This document shows positions 9,360 to 18,737 of a DNA stretch of 64,000 nt, one piece after another (the first letter of the stretch is position 1; each line of letters begins with the position of its first letter). Made by a program: the position numbers and the translations under genes. Origin of the DNA: Candidatus Kaiserbacteria bacterium. Lineage in GTDB: Bacteria; Patescibacteriota; Minisyncoccia; Phycocordibacterales; UBA918. The DNA is taken from assembly GCA_016204695.1 (NCBI GenBank), contig JACQKD010000001.1, forward strand, positions 68,976 through 132,975, written 5' to 3'. The notes beneath the pieces are model-generated. The model was not told the DNA's origin. It was given only the letters and a program-made list of their open reading frames with translations, and did no database searches.

Positions 9360-10385
9360 ATGGAGCACATTGAATACGTGCGCACAGTGGCGCGTTCCCT
9401 GCTCGTGAAAGGGAAGGGAATTCTTGCGGCTGACGAAAGTACGAAGACGATGGATACGCGGCTTGCGGCGGTGGGCGCGATGGCTACTCCCGACATGCGC
9501 CGCGAATACCGCGAGCTCCTTTTTACCGCTCCCGGCATTGAAGAATACCTTTCCGGCGTGATTCTCTACGACGAGACGATTCGGAGCGGGACTGCGGACG
9601 ACGGAGTGCCTTTTGCCGACCTCTTGATTGCTCGCGGCATCATACCCGGCATCAAGGTGGATAGAGGAACCGTGCCACTTGACGGCTTTCCCGACGAGGT
9701 CGTGACCGAGGGTCTCGACGGGCTTGCCGCGCGTATGAGCGAATACTACGGCATGGGCGCTCGTTTTACCAAATGGCGGGCGGTTATCACGATTGGTGAG
9801 AATCTGCCGACCGACCAATGTATACGGATGAACGCGGCGATGCTCGCGCGCTTCGCGTCGCTCTCGCAAGGAGCCGGCATGGTGCCCATCGTGGAGCCGG
9901 AAGTCATGCTTCACGGTGACCATGACATCGCACGAGCTCAAGACGTGACGACAAAGACGTTGGAGACGCTTTTTGAGACGCTCACGGAGTACCGAGTCGA
10001 CCTCGCGGGCCTCATATTGAAATCAAGCATGGTGCTCGCCGGAGACGGCTCCAAGACGCAGTCGACGCCGGAGGAAGTTGCGGATGCCACGCTTCGCACG
10101 TTTGCCGCGGCCGTACCGAAAGAGGTTCCCGGGGTCGTTCTTCTCTCCGGCGGACAGACGCCGAGGCGCGCCACCGAAAATCTGCAGGCGATGGCGCACC
10201 ACGGTGCGCAACCATGGCAGATAACTTTTTCGTACTCGCGTGCGCTCGAAGAGCCGGTGCTGACCGCGTGGCGTGGCGACACGGCCGCAAACAAAGACGC
10301 CGCTCAAGCGGCACTGCTTCATCGGCTTATGTTGAACGCCAAAGCGCAGACGGGGGACTACGAACCGGCACTTGAGGATGGATAG
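9360..10385 (+). CDS. fba: Class I fructose-bisphosphate aldolase
   Basis: Strong similarity to eukaryote-type class I aldolase (VKGKGILAADESTKT, Schiff-base Lys region, C-terminal FSYSRALE...Y). Start ATG at 9360; the track ORF start at 8766 is an antisense shadow of prmC. Confidence 0.9.
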   Translation: MEHIEYVRTVARSLLVKGKGILAADESTKTMDTRLAAVGAMATPDMRREYRELLFTAPGIEEYLSGVILYDETIRSGTADDGVPFADLLIARGIIPGIKVDRGTVPLDGFPDEVVTEGLDGLAARMSEYYGMGARFTKWRAVITIGENLPTDQCIRMNAAMLARFASLSQGAGMVPIVEPEVMLHGDHDIARAQDVTTKTLETLFETLTEYRVDLAGLILKSSMVLAGDGSKTQSTPEEVADATLRTFAAAVPKEVPGVVLLSGGQTPRRATENLQAMAHHGAQPWQITFSYSRALEEPVLTAWRGDTAANKDAAQAALLHRLMLNAKAQTGDYEPALEDG

Positions 10386-10418
10386 AAAAACCCCGCGGCC
10401 GGAGGCCGCGGGGTTTTT
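10386..10418. terminator. Bidirectional rho-independent terminator between fba (+) and rpmG (-)
   Basis: aaaaa-ccccgcggcc-gga-ggccgcgggg-ttttt: a 10-bp GC stem flanked by A5 and T5. Confidence 0.65.
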
Positions 10419-10427
10419 CTCATTACT

Positions 10428-10601
10428 TTATTTCTTCTCGGTGTACTTCGTGTGGGACTTCGAGACGGGATTGTACTTTTTGAACACGAACTTCTTGTCC
10501 GCAAGCTTACGGCGGTTTTTGGTGGTGTAGTAGACGTGACCTTTCCCGAGGCCGTTTTTGTCCCCTTCGGAGACAAGTCGTATGATTCTGTCTTGCGACA
10601 T
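10428..10601 (-). CDS. rpmG: 50S ribosomal protein L33
   Basis: RIIRLVSEGDKNGLGKGHVYYTTKNRRKLADKKFVFKKYNPVSKSHTKYTEKK fits the L33 pattern (YTTTKNKR...L.L.KY.P....H..Y.E.K). Start at MSQ (10601). Confidence 0.8.
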   Translation of the reverse strand: MSQDRIIRLVSEGDKNGLGKGHVYYTTKNRRKLADKKFVFKKYNPVSKSHTKYTEKK

Positions 10602-10659
10602 AGTGTGCATAGAGTACCAGAGCATCGCCGGAGGGTCAACAGAGCGGCGTTTGCATGCG

Positions 10660-10696
10660 AAAACCCGGCCGCCCGCAAAGCGGGCGGCCGGGTTTT
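10660..10696. terminator. Rho-independent terminator (13-bp GC stem cccggccgcccgc/gcgggcggccggg) downstream of the csp gene
   Basis: Perfect 13-bp stem with an aaa loop, A-run on one side and ttttcttttg on the other. Confidence 0.6.
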
Positions 10697-10709
10697 CTTT
10701 TGCGGCCGG

Positions 10710-10943
10710 TTAGGCGGCTGCGGGAAGATCTTGCGCCTGTGCGGTGGCGCGCATCACGTTCGTAGCGGCAGGGCCTTTCGGACCGTTCGCAATTTCGAAT
10801 GTGACCGCATCACCTTCGCGCAGTTCATCAAAGGAAAGTCCGTTCAGCTCGTTTGCGTGAAAGAAGATATCCTTTTCGCCGTTTTCCGGCGTGATGAACC
10901 CGAAACCGCGATCGGTGACTCGGGCAATAGTACCTTTCATCAT
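10710..10943 (-). CDS. Cold-shock protein (CspA family, S1-like OB fold)
   Basis: MMKGTIARVTDRGFGFITPENGEKDIFFHANEL carries the RNP1/RNP2 motifs. Confidence 0.85.
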   Translation of the reverse strand: MMKGTIARVTDRGFGFITPENGEKDIFFHANELNGLSFDELREGDAVTFEIANGPKGPAATNVMRATAQAQDLPAAA

Positions 10944-11144
10944 GTAGGTAGCGTTGTCTCTTACTCTAATACTAATGCAAAACCTCTTCTCCACAAGTCC
11001 GACCGTCTCTGGCTAAGCGTTTTGGTGCTGGTATGAAACCATGTTTTTGGTAAAAATGCAACCTGTCAAGAGCCGTGCCTGTGCATATCCCCGCGCAAGA
11101 TCGGCACGGAGAAGAGCCGTCAAGGGGCATGTTTCGCGGTTCTG

Positions 11145-11843
11145 TTATATGAGTATCTTGACGTCCGCAGATGCCCGCAGGTCCGCGATTATGCCCGTAA
11201 TCACCTCCTCTACTTTTTGTTGTTCGAGGTATGTCTGTATGTCCTGTGTTACGGCTTCAAGAGCGGTATCCGGGTTCTGCGGAGTAATCTGCGCATCATA
11301 GAATGCCTTTATTTCTTCGGGTGTCGTTGTACTTGGATGCTCGGCGGCGATCTTGTTTCGATATTGGTTTGTGATCAGTTGGCGAGCGATATTCGTCTTT
11401 AAGCTCTCTTTGTCGAGCTTTGCTCCAAGAAGCGCGGCTTCAAAGGCGGCGGTGTCGGCATACTGTCCGGTGATTTTCGAGAGCTCCGCAGAAACGGCCG
11501 CATCGTCGGCTGTGAATCCCTGCCGTTTGGCTTCTTCAAAAAAGAGTATGTTGCCCACCATCTGGTCAAGTACGAGACGTTCGAACGCGATCCGCTCGTC
11601 TCCCTCCTTCGGTACTTGTATCTGGGGATTTTGGGCGAGCTGTTCTATCTGTACGTCCAGTTCGCCCCGCGTTATTTTGGTTTCGCCGCCGCGGATCGTG
11701 GCGACTACGGTGTCGGCGCTTTGCGATACTCCCTCCTGTGTCTGCGTCGCCAGAGGATCGGCTCCTTTGAAATACCATATAACTCCTCCCGCTCCGGCCA
11801 ACGCAACGATGACAAGCGCGATAGTGATGTAACTGTTTTTCAT
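11145..11843 (-). CDS. Secreted or membrane-anchored protein with a SurA-N/PpiD-like chaperone domain
   Basis: N-terminal anchor MKNSYITIALVIVALAGAGG, then a helical region resembling the SurA N-terminal domain. No PPIase domain is evident. Confidence 0.45.
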   Translation of the reverse strand: MKNSYITIALVIVALAGAGGVIWYFKGADPLATQTQEGVSQSADTVVATIRGGETKITRGELDVQIEQLAQNPQIQVPKEGDERIAFERLVLDQMVGNILFFEEAKRQGFTADDAAVSAELSKITGQYADTAAFEAALLGAKLDKESLKTNIARQLITNQYRNKIAAEHPSTTTPEEIKAFYDAQITPQNPDTALEAVTQDIQTYLEQQKVEEVITGIIADLRASADVKILI

Positions 11844-11944
11844 ACGTACCGTCAGTATCGCATATTTTCTCCGAACGGCAAAAAATTCTCTGTCGATTAA
11901 AAACAGAACCGCCCGCGAGAAGCCGGACGGCTCTGCGGGCGTGG

Positions 11945-12292
11945 TCAGGGAGTGAGGGCTCTTGTGGTGGCCGCCAAGATCCCCTGGATCCTCAGCGGCT
12001 TTGACAGAAAGAGGGTCGCACCTGCAAACAGAGCATCCCCCCTATCTAGCTCTCCGCTCATGGCGATTGCCGGGAGCTTTGGGTGGCTACTCTTGAGTCG
12101 ACGGATAAACTCGAGTCCACCCATCACCGGCATATGGATGTCGGTGATGACGAGGGCGACTCCGTCGGTCAATATCTCCAATGCCTCCTTTCCATTTGAG
12201 GCCTCGATGACCTCATGTTCGAGCCATTCTAACATGTCTCGCAGGTAATCCCTTACCTGCGAATCGTCTTCCACAACTAGAATCTTTGCCAT
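11945..12292 (-). CDS. Single-domain response regulator (CheY-like receiver)
   Basis: MAKILVVEDD...ITDIHMP...K: the Asp pocket and phospho-acceptor D are conserved; 115 aa with no output domain. Confidence 0.8.
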   Translation of the reverse strand: MAKILVVEDDSQVRDYLRDMLEWLEHEVIEASNGKEALEILTDGVALVITDIHMPVMGGLEFIRRLKSSHPKLPAIAMSGELDRGDALFAGATLFLSKPLRIQGILAATTRALTP

Positions 12293-12390
12293 ATCTTCCT
12301 CCAGAGAACCAGTTGATTTTGGACCTACGCTAGTATAGTCTATAACACGAACTATTGATTATTGTCAAGTTCTGTGCGTAACAGGGCTTT

Positions 12391-13161
12391 ATGACAAGCA
12401 CTTTTAGTATACTGAATACAGTGATTGAAACTTCCTATAAGATCAAAAGTACGCCTTTGGTACTCGATAATACCGGCAAGCGATATGTGCTTACGGTGCG
12501 TGATTTGCCTGTCGAGGACAAGCCGCGGGAGAAGCTTGCGGTACACGGTCCGGGCACGCTCTCGCCGGTCGAGCTTCTTGCGGTTGTCCTTAGCGTCGGT
12601 ACGCGCAAGGAAGAGGTGCTGACGATGACCTCGCGCATCGTCCGCGAATACGGCGAGCGCAATATCTTCTCGCAGACTGATGCACACATCATGTCGCGCG
12701 ATCTCGATATTCCGCTTGGCAAGGCCGAGCAGATCGTGGCGGTGGGCGAGCTTGGTCGGCGGTTTTTCTCCCGTGAGCGCAACGGCGCGGCCGTGATCCG
12801 CACCGCGCTCGATACCTACGAACACGTTGCCGACATGCGTACGCTCGGTAAAGAGCATCTGCGCGGACTCTATCTCAACGCGCACTATCAGGTCGTCCAC
12901 GACGAAGTGATCTCGATCGGTACGGTCGACGCAAACATCGTCCATCCGCGCGAAGTGTTCCGGCCAGCGCTTTCATGCTCGGCCGCGGCCGTGATCCTCG
13001 TGCACAATCATCCATCCGGCGTGCTCGCTCCGAGCGCAGAGGACATGCTTGTCACCGCGCAGGTGCGTTCCGCGGGCAGGATGCTCGGCATTGAGCTTGT
13101 CGATCATGTTATCGTCGGCCGGGACGGTTTTATCAGTATTCCTTTTGAATCATGCCCATAG
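12391..13161 (+). CDS. radC: RadC-family JAB/MPN-domain protein (UPF0758)
   Basis: N-terminal HhH region (KPREKL...LSPVELLAVVLSVGT) and the C-terminal JAMM motif HNHPSG. Confidence 0.85.
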   Translation: MTSTFSILNTVIETSYKIKSTPLVLDNTGKRYVLTVRDLPVEDKPREKLAVHGPGTLSPVELLAVVLSVGTRKEEVLTMTSRIVREYGERNIFSQTDAHIMSRDLDIPLGKAEQIVAVGELGRRFFSRERNGAAVIRTALDTYEHVADMRTLGKEHLRGLYLNAHYQVVHDEVISIGTVDANIVHPREVFRPALSCSAAAVILVHNHPSGVLAPSAEDMLVTAQVRSAGRMLGIELVDHVIVGRDGFISIPFESCP

Positions 13162-13424
13162 CGATACGTGAATATCAGATTGTGTCGACATACTCCATCG
13201 TGCGCGATGCGCCCGATCCGTATGAACACCTGCGTTTCCATGTCTGGTCGGGCGATTGTTTCGCCATGCTCGCGACGGCGCTCGGCTTTGTCGAAGAAGC
13301 GCTTGAACGATATGAAAATAGCGTGACTCCTTCGCGCGAGCTCATGCTTCTGCGCGGCGTGAAAAAAGATCTGGTCTATCTCCACAAGAAATACGTCATT
13401 CGCGAAAAGGACGAGAGTTCTTAG
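13152..13424 (+). CDS. Hypothetical protein, 90 aa
   Basis: ORF overlapping the radC stop by 10 nt; no recognisable motif. Confidence 0.35.
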   Translation: MPIAIREYQIVSTYSIVRDAPDPYEHLRFHVWSGDCFAMLATALGFVEEALERYENSVTPSRELMLLRGVKKDLVYLHKKYVIREKDESS

Positions 13425-13450
13425 GGCTTGTTGAGAAATTTCCTACACCA

Positions 13451-13537
13451 GAGCCTCCTCCCGCACAGCAAAAAATGACGGCGCTCCGGGCCGCTAGGCC
13501 AAGTCTAACCGTCATTTTTTGCTGTGCGGGAGGGCTC
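13451..13537. repeat. Long near-perfect inverted repeat (about 25-29-bp arms, about 27-nt loop with an internal ggcc...ggcc mini-palindrome) between convergent genes
   Basis: The left arm ctcccgcacagcaaaaaatgacgg is the exact reverse complement of ccgtcattttttgctgtgcgggag; both strands give a hairpin followed by a T6 run. Confidence 0.6.
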
Positions 13538-13635
13538 CGAAATATGCTCTAAAAAATTTTGGAATCAAAAAAGTCGAGCGTATGCTCGACGTACTACGTC
13601 CTACCGGCCCGGGAACCACACACCGGGCCAGTCTT

Positions 13636-13809
13636 TTAGCTATATGGGGTATACCGTCGCCAACCACGTTCGGTATTTTGTCCCCTCTGCTCACGCCGAG
13701 GCGATGCTTCGACAATGAGCGGTTCCCGCACCGGTTCCTCACCTACCGAGGTGAAGAAAGGGGGGACCTTCTCACGATCTTTGGTGTCGACATGCTGATC
13801 TTCAGCCAT
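13636..13809 (-). CDS. Hypothetical small protein (57 aa) with a strong Shine-Dalgarno; absent from the ORF track because it is under 60 aa
   Basis: ATG at 13809 is preceded by GGAGGTG with a 4-nt spacer. Product MAEDQHVDTKDREKVPPFFTSVGEEPVREPLIVEASPRREQRGQNTERGWRRYTPYS, TAA stop. Confidence 0.4.
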   Translation of the reverse strand: MAEDQHVDTKDREKVPPFFTSVGEEPVREPLIVEASPRREQRGQNTERGWRRYTPYS

Positions 13810-13889
13810 CTTTCACCTCCGTGAAAAATGCCCTCTGCTAGGAAACTGCCCACAGAGAACCAATATATGAAGTATTTGTCAATCAAGTT

Positions 13890-15851
13890 TTGCACCGACA
13901 CTCCATATTCGGGTGGTATGTCAGAGTTTCTGTGGAGAGGTATACTTGTGCCATGGTTCACACTAAGTCTCGTAGCGCATCACGCACTGTTCCGTATAGA
14001 TCGTTGCTCTATGTCGCGCCGATAATCGCACTCGTGCTCTTTTTTGCGCACTACCTTTTTGTGAATGCGCTTCCGGCGATTGCTCCGGACTCGCCGTACA
14101 AAGACGCAGGCCGTCCGATCGAAGAGCGGACCGAGGATCTTCTGTTGCGGATGACACTCGAAGAAAAAGCCGCGCAGATGGCGCTCGTCGAGAAAAACAG
14201 CATTACGCCCGGCAACGCCGGCTACGCAGGAGTCGGCGGCGTGTTGAGCGGCGCCGGGGCGAAGCCCGAAGATAATACCCCCGAAGGATGGCGCGACATG
14301 GTAGCCCGCTACATGGAGGAATCTCGTTCGTCACGGCTCGGCATCCCGCTTCTCTACGGGCTCGATGCCGTACATGGCCATGGCAACGTCCCGGGTGCGA
14401 CGCTCTTTCCGCATTCGATTGGTCTCGGCGCCGCAAACGATCCGGAACTCACGCGCCGCGTCGCCGAAGCGACCGCAGAAGAAGTGCGCGCGAGCGGCGT
14501 CTTTTGGAGCTTTTCGCCGAATCTCGATATGCCGCAAGATATCCGCTGGGGGCGGGTATACGAGGGCTTTTCAAGTGATGCGCAGGTGACGGCGGATCTG
14601 GGTGCCGCATATATACGCGGCTTGCAGGGAGAGGGAAATACTCCCGCAATGCTCGCGACCGCAAAGCATTATCTCGGCACCGGCGGCATGCAGTGGGGGA
14701 CAGCGGTCAATCCTGACTACAGGATCGATCAGGGTACGACACAGGCGAGCGAGGAGGTAATCCGCGAGTTTTATCTGCCGCCGTTTCGCGCCGCCGTCGA
14801 GCAGGGAGCGCTCTCCGTTATGGTCGGACTCAATACGATCGACGGAAAGAAAATGTCCGCGAACAAGCATCTGATTACCGACGTGCTCAAAGGCGAGCTC
14901 GGCTTTCGCGGTTTTGTCGTATCGGACTGGTACGGTGTCTACGAGATCGGCGGGGGCGAGTACGCGGCCACAGTGGCGGCGATCAACGCCGGGGTGGATA
15001 TGGTGATGTTGCCGTTCGAATATAAACCCTTCGTACAAAATGTGGTTGCGGCCGTACAAAACGGCGACATATCGGAAGCGCGGGTGAATGACGCGGTACG
15101 GAGGATCCTCTATGCGAAGTTTGTCGTTGGTCTCTTCGACAACTCGGCGCCTTCAAATCTCGACGTGATCGGTGCGGACGCACGTCGAGCGCTTGCGCGC
15201 GAGGCGGTCGCCAGATCGCTTGTGTTGTTGAAAAATGAAAACGTCCTGCCGCTTTTTCGTTCTCCGACTCTGCGGCGGATCGCGGTTGCGGGGAGCGCCG
15301 CCGATAACACCGGCAGGCAAAGCGGGGCCTGGACCATTGAGTGGCAAGGGATAGACGGTAATGCCATCCCCGGCGCGACCTCGATACTTGCGGGTATCCG
15401 GTCAGCGGCGGGACCGGAGATGGAAATTCTATATGACGCGGCGGGAGATTTCGATCTTCCGGAGGACAGTGCGGACATCGGCATCGCGGTGGTCGGCGAA
15501 GGACCGTATGCGGAAGGTGTCGGTGACAACCCGTATCCTTCCTTGTCGGCGGAAGATCTGCAGGCAATCGAAGGACTGCGAAAAGTGAGCGGGGAAGTCG
15601 TCGTGGTGATCGTCTCCGGCCGTCCGCTTTTTATACAAAAAGAGCTTCCGAAATGGGACGCGCTCGTCGCGGCGTGGCTCCCGGGAAGCGAAGGTGCGGG
15701 GGTTGCGGACGTACTCTTCGGAAAGCGATCTTTCAGCGGCACACTGCCGCTCCCCTGGCCTGCAAGCATACGTCAATTACCGTTTACTCCATCCGGGCGC
15801 ACGGCCGACGGCGCCATGCCGCTCTTTCCGCGCGGTTTTGGTCTGCGTTAG
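13890..15851 (+). CDS. Glycoside hydrolase family 3 (beta-glucosidase / beta-N-acetylhexosaminidase-like) with an N-terminal membrane anchor
   Basis: GH3 N-terminal domain motifs (GIPLLYGLDAVHG, KHYLGTGG, SDW catalytic Asp region) plus the C-terminal domain. The start may be M at 13953 instead. Confidence 0.85.
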   Translation: MHRHSIFGWYVRVSVERYTCAMVHTKSRSASRTVPYRSLLYVAPIIALVLFFAHYLFVNALPAIAPDSPYKDAGRPIEERTEDLLLRMTLEEKAAQMALVEKNSITPGNAGYAGVGGVLSGAGAKPEDNTPEGWRDMVARYMEESRSSRLGIPLLYGLDAVHGHGNVPGATLFPHSIGLGAANDPELTRRVAEATAEEVRASGVFWSFSPNLDMPQDIRWGRVYEGFSSDAQVTADLGAAYIRGLQGEGNTPAMLATAKHYLGTGGMQWGTAVNPDYRIDQGTTQASEEVIREFYLPPFRAAVEQGALSVMVGLNTIDGKKMSANKHLITDVLKGELGFRGFVVSDWYGVYEIGGGEYAATVAAINAGVDMVMLPFEYKPFVQNVVAAVQNGDISEARVNDAVRRILYAKFVVGLFDNSAPSNLDVIGADARRALAREAVARSLVLLKNENVLPLFRSPTLRRIAVAGSAADNTGRQSGAWTIEWQGIDGNAIPGATSILAGIRSAAGPEMEILYDAAGDFDLPEDSADIGIAVVGEGPYAEGVGDNPYPSLSAEDLQAIEGLRKVSGEVVVVIVSGRPLFIQKELPKWDALVAAWLPGSEGAGVADVLFGKRSFSGTLPLPWPASIRQLPFTPSGRTADGAMPLFPRGFGLR

Positions 15852-15855
15852 GCCG

Positions 15856-17178
15856 TTATTGTTGCTTCGGGAGTTCGACGGAGAATATATTTTTCCCTCC
15901 CGTGAACGCGTACCGGACATCGCCGCCGTGAAGTTCAGCAATCCGTTTGACATAGTAGAGTCCGAGTCCCATGCCGCGGGCAGTCTGCGCGGCCTTCTGA
16001 TTCCGATAGTATTTTCGGAAGAGCTGGGAACGTTCGGCATTCGGCACTTCGGGGCCGGAGTTTTCGACAATCACTATGTGTGCATGCGGAGTTTCTTCAC
16101 AGCGGACATCGACCACGCCGCGCTCGGGCGAGTATTTCACGGCATTCGCGATAAGATTTGAAAACATCCGTTGTATCTTTGCCCGGTCGCCGCGAGCGGG
16201 AATGGAGGCGGGCATATCGGAAGCAAATACGATCGTGACCTGTTTCTGCCGGGCGGCCAAGGTGAAGACGGATGCCGCATCGGCGAGGACGGTTGCGAGA
16301 TCATAGGGCTCCCACACAACCGTTCGTTCTCCTTTTTCGAGCGTGAACGTCTCAAGAATGTCGTCGATTGTCCCGAGAAGTTTGGCGCTGGTGTCGCGTA
16401 TGGTTGCCAGTGTCCGCGGGGTGTTTGCGTCGCGAGTCTTTTGGAGGAGGGATTCGATCGACCAGTTGATGCCAACAAGCGGCGTGCGCAAGTCGTGCGC
16501 GGCGATGGACGCAAGTTCCGACTTGAATGCGAGCAGTGCGTCCTCTTTTTTTACAAGCCGGAATATGAAAAAGGCGAAGCTTGCAAGCAGGAGCGTGAGC
16601 AGGATCGGCACGGTCGTGTAGAGCGTCAGCGTGCGGTAGTAGTTGCGCGCGCTCACGTCAAGGCCCACGACGGCGATGATCTCCCCGGTCACGGGGTCGA
16701 GCATGGGGGACATGGCGCTGATCCAGGTGCCCCACCGGTCGACCACCGGCCCTTCAAGCGCGCTCTCCCCGGTGTCGAATACTCCGTGGAATACGGCGGT
16801 TGCTTCGTCGTAGACTTGGCCCGGCGGAGAGAGGTCGGGCGAATCCTCCGGTTCGGAATCGACGAGGAAGAAAATCTCGCCGTCACGCCGGCCGGTGAGA
16901 TACGCGAAGCGTATTTCGGGGTCGATCGCCACGATCGTCATGAGCTTGCTTTTCAGGTCGCGGTAGTGCGGCGCATAGAGGTCGTTTTCGGTGCCCGACA
17001 GAGCGCCGACCTTTGTTTCTTCAAGTGTTGAAGCGATGATGTTTGCGCGTTCAAGGAGCGAATGTTTCACCAATCGATCGGCGTGTATGTAGGCGTAGAC
17101 AGTCGCGAGTATGCCAAGCCCGATGATGATCGCCGTAAAAAACAGGAGAAGATTCCACGGACGGATGTTTTTCCACAT
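15856..17178 (-). CDS. Sensor histidine kinase (HisKA + HATPase_c), membrane-anchored
   Basis: H-box LASIAAHDLRTPL; N, G1 and G2 boxes (GMGLGLYYVKRIAELHGG); two TM segments. Start set at MWKNIRPW (ATG 17178). Confidence 0.8.
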   Translation of the reverse strand: MWKNIRPWNLLLFFTAIIIGLGILATVYAYIHADRLVKHSLLERANIIASTLEETKVGALSGTENDLYAPHYRDLKSKLMTIVAIDPEIRFAYLTGRRDGEIFFLVDSEPEDSPDLSPPGQVYDEATAVFHGVFDTGESALEGPVVDRWGTWISAMSPMLDPVTGEIIAVVGLDVSARNYYRTLTLYTTVPILLTLLLASFAFFIFRLVKKEDALLAFKSELASIAAHDLRTPLVGINWSIESLLQKTRDANTPRTLATIRDTSAKLLGTIDDILETFTLEKGERTVVWEPYDLATVLADAASVFTLAARQKQVTIVFASDMPASIPARGDRAKIQRMFSNLIANAVKYSPERGVVDVRCEETPHAHIVIVENSGPEVPNAERSQLFRKYYRNQKAAQTARGMGLGLYYVKRIAELHGGDVRYAFTGGKNIFSVELPKQQ

Positions 17179-17198
17179 AGTGTGTGATGTACTTGACG

Positions 17199-17348
17199 CT
17201 ATGTCTCCAGTGCTTCTCTGACTCGCCCTATGACTTTGAGAACGGCCCACTCTTTCTTTTCAAGGAAGTATGACGGCTCGTCTTTGGCGATGCCTCGGGT
17301 GATGTCGTCGTTTTCCACCACCGGCACCGTATGCGTTTGCGCGCCCAT
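17199..17348 (-). CDS. Possible small protein (49 aa) immediately upstream of the histidine kinase
   Basis: ATG at 17348 preceded by AAGAAGGA. Product MGAQTHTVPVVENDDITRGIAKDEPSYFLEKKEWAVLKVIGRVREALET. Not low-complexity; the stop lies 20 nt before the HK start. Confidence 0.3.
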   Translation of the reverse strand: MGAQTHTVPVVENDDITRGIAKDEPSYFLEKKEWAVLKVIGRVREALET

Positions 17349-17444
17349 GGTCCTTCTTGAGTATATGTTTTATAGAATCACACTTCTTCCGTCCGCACCA
17401 CCGTTCCGCCGTGCACATTTTGCCGTCACTTCGACCATGTCGTC

Positions 17445-17466
17445 AATCACTCCAAATGGAGTGATT
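17445..17466. promoter_or_regulatory. Perfect 9-4-9 palindrome AATCACTCC-AAAT-GGAGTGATT in a divergent promoter region, nested inside an outer 7-bp inverted repeat (ccgtgca at 17409 / tgcacgg at 17470)
   Basis: Seen in sequence; candidate transcription-factor operator or RNA hairpin between the divergently transcribed HK operon and the 17540 gene. Confidence 0.3.
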
Positions 17467-17539
17467 TGTTGCACGGTGTCATAATAATGCCGGTAACGCG
17501 TTATATACAGTGTACATTACCAAATCTTATACACGGTAT

Positions 17540-17788
17540 ATGACATACAGTATCCCTCTTCCGAAGACCATCATCGGTACTCTTCTTGTTGCGGCGGGAC
17601 TCATGCCCGTTTGGGCGCATGCGGCGACGTACGCATATGTGCATCAGACCGGTGAAGTACGTACTGTCGTTGCTGACGCACCTATGGTTGCCATTATGAT
17701 CGCTCCGGGCATAGATGAACACAGTGGTGTTCTCTTGCTTATCGATCCTTCAGATACGATTGTCGGCGACAAGGTGTCCGGTATGTAA
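17540..17788 (+). CDS. Hypothetical small secreted protein
   Basis: Signal peptide MTYSIPLPKTIIGTLLVAAGLMPVWAHAA; 82 aa from the internal Met. Confidence 0.4.
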   Translation: MTYSIPLPKTIIGTLLVAAGLMPVWAHAATYAYVHQTGEVRTVVADAPMVAIMIAPGIDEHSGVLLLIDPSDTIVGDKVSGM

Positions 17789-17879
17789 CTTCCGGTTTGT
17801 GAGAAAAGGAAGACTTCGTTCTCCCGGCGTCCGAGTCTTCGGGCGGTGGCGTGGTGTGTTAACACTCTAATCAACATCT

Positions 17880-18737
17880 ATGAAAACTCCGTACAGATAC
17901 CAACTGTCCGCACGCCTTGCTGTTGCGTTTGTCACGCTTCTGATGATCTCTGTGCCGCTCTCTGTTTCTGCCGCCCCGACGGGAAGCATCGATACTGATT
18001 CTCTTGCGACGACCTCATCGAAACCGATCATCACCGGCACCGCGTCCGGAACAAAAACCGTACGTATAACGGTACGCGAGGAAGGAGAATCAAAGACGCT
18101 GTATAAAAGTAAAACGATCAAGGTAAAAAAAGACGGGACATGGAAGGCGAAGATATTGAAGAAACTTCCGGACGGAACATACGACGTATCGGTATCTCGC
18201 AGTGGGAGCGCAACGTCTGTGGTGCTGGCGAGCGGGACATTGATTGTCGGAAAAGAAATCAGGGACAACAAACGGAACACAAGTAAAAAAGCAGACACCA
18301 CAATGGTCGTGGAGCCCGTGTTACTGCTCACCGGAGGCACGGTGTCCGCGGGCGCATCGGTGCCGGTCTCCTATCTCCAGATCACCAACACCGGCTTGAT
18401 GGAGGCGAAACTGAATGGCTTTTCCGTCAAACAGAACGGCTCCGCTGATCCGGAATCGGTCATCGGCCTTACGACCGTTGATGATGCGGGTGTCTCGCGC
18501 GGCTCCGTCGGGGGCGTGGAGCACTCGACCATATTCAAAAACGGCGTGGCCTTCGTGCCTGCCGTCGCGACGTTTGCGCCCGGCCAGATGCGCCTCTTCA
18601 CGATCAAAGCGGTCATGAGCGGAGATCTCTCCTCGTATCTCGGCGGACAGCTTGCCATCAGCGTCACGTCGGTCGATGCCAGCGCGAAAGTGAAAGGCAT
18701 ATTCCCGATACCCGGAACGACTTGGATCATCCAGTAA
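17880..18737 (+). CDS. Hypothetical secreted protein (beta-rich, Ig-like repeats)
   Basis: Signal peptide ...LLMISVPLSVSAAP; Thr/Ser/Val-rich beta pattern. Confidence 0.5.
   Translation: MKTPYRYQLSARLAVAFVTLLMISVPLSVSAAPTGSIDTDSLATTSSKPIITGTASGTKTVRITVREEGESKTLYKSKTIKVKKDGTWKAKILKKLPDGTYDVSVSRSGSATSVVLASGTLIVGKEIRDNKRNTSKKADTTMVVEPVLLLTGGTVSAGASVPVSYLQITNTGLMEAKLNGFSVKQNGSADPESVIGLTTVDDAGVSRGSVGGVEHSTIFKNGVAFVPAVATFAPGQMRLFTIKAVMSGDLSSYLGGQLAISVTSVDASAKVKGIFPIPGTTWIIQ

Noticed and set aside
10358-10678. 106-aa minus-strand ORF overlapping rpmG
   Set aside because: It is in a different frame from the clear L33 homolog and runs through both terminator hairpins.
16171-17031. 286-aa plus-strand ORF
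   Set aside because: Antisense to the histidine kinase, with an Arg/Gly/Val-rich composition and no motifs.
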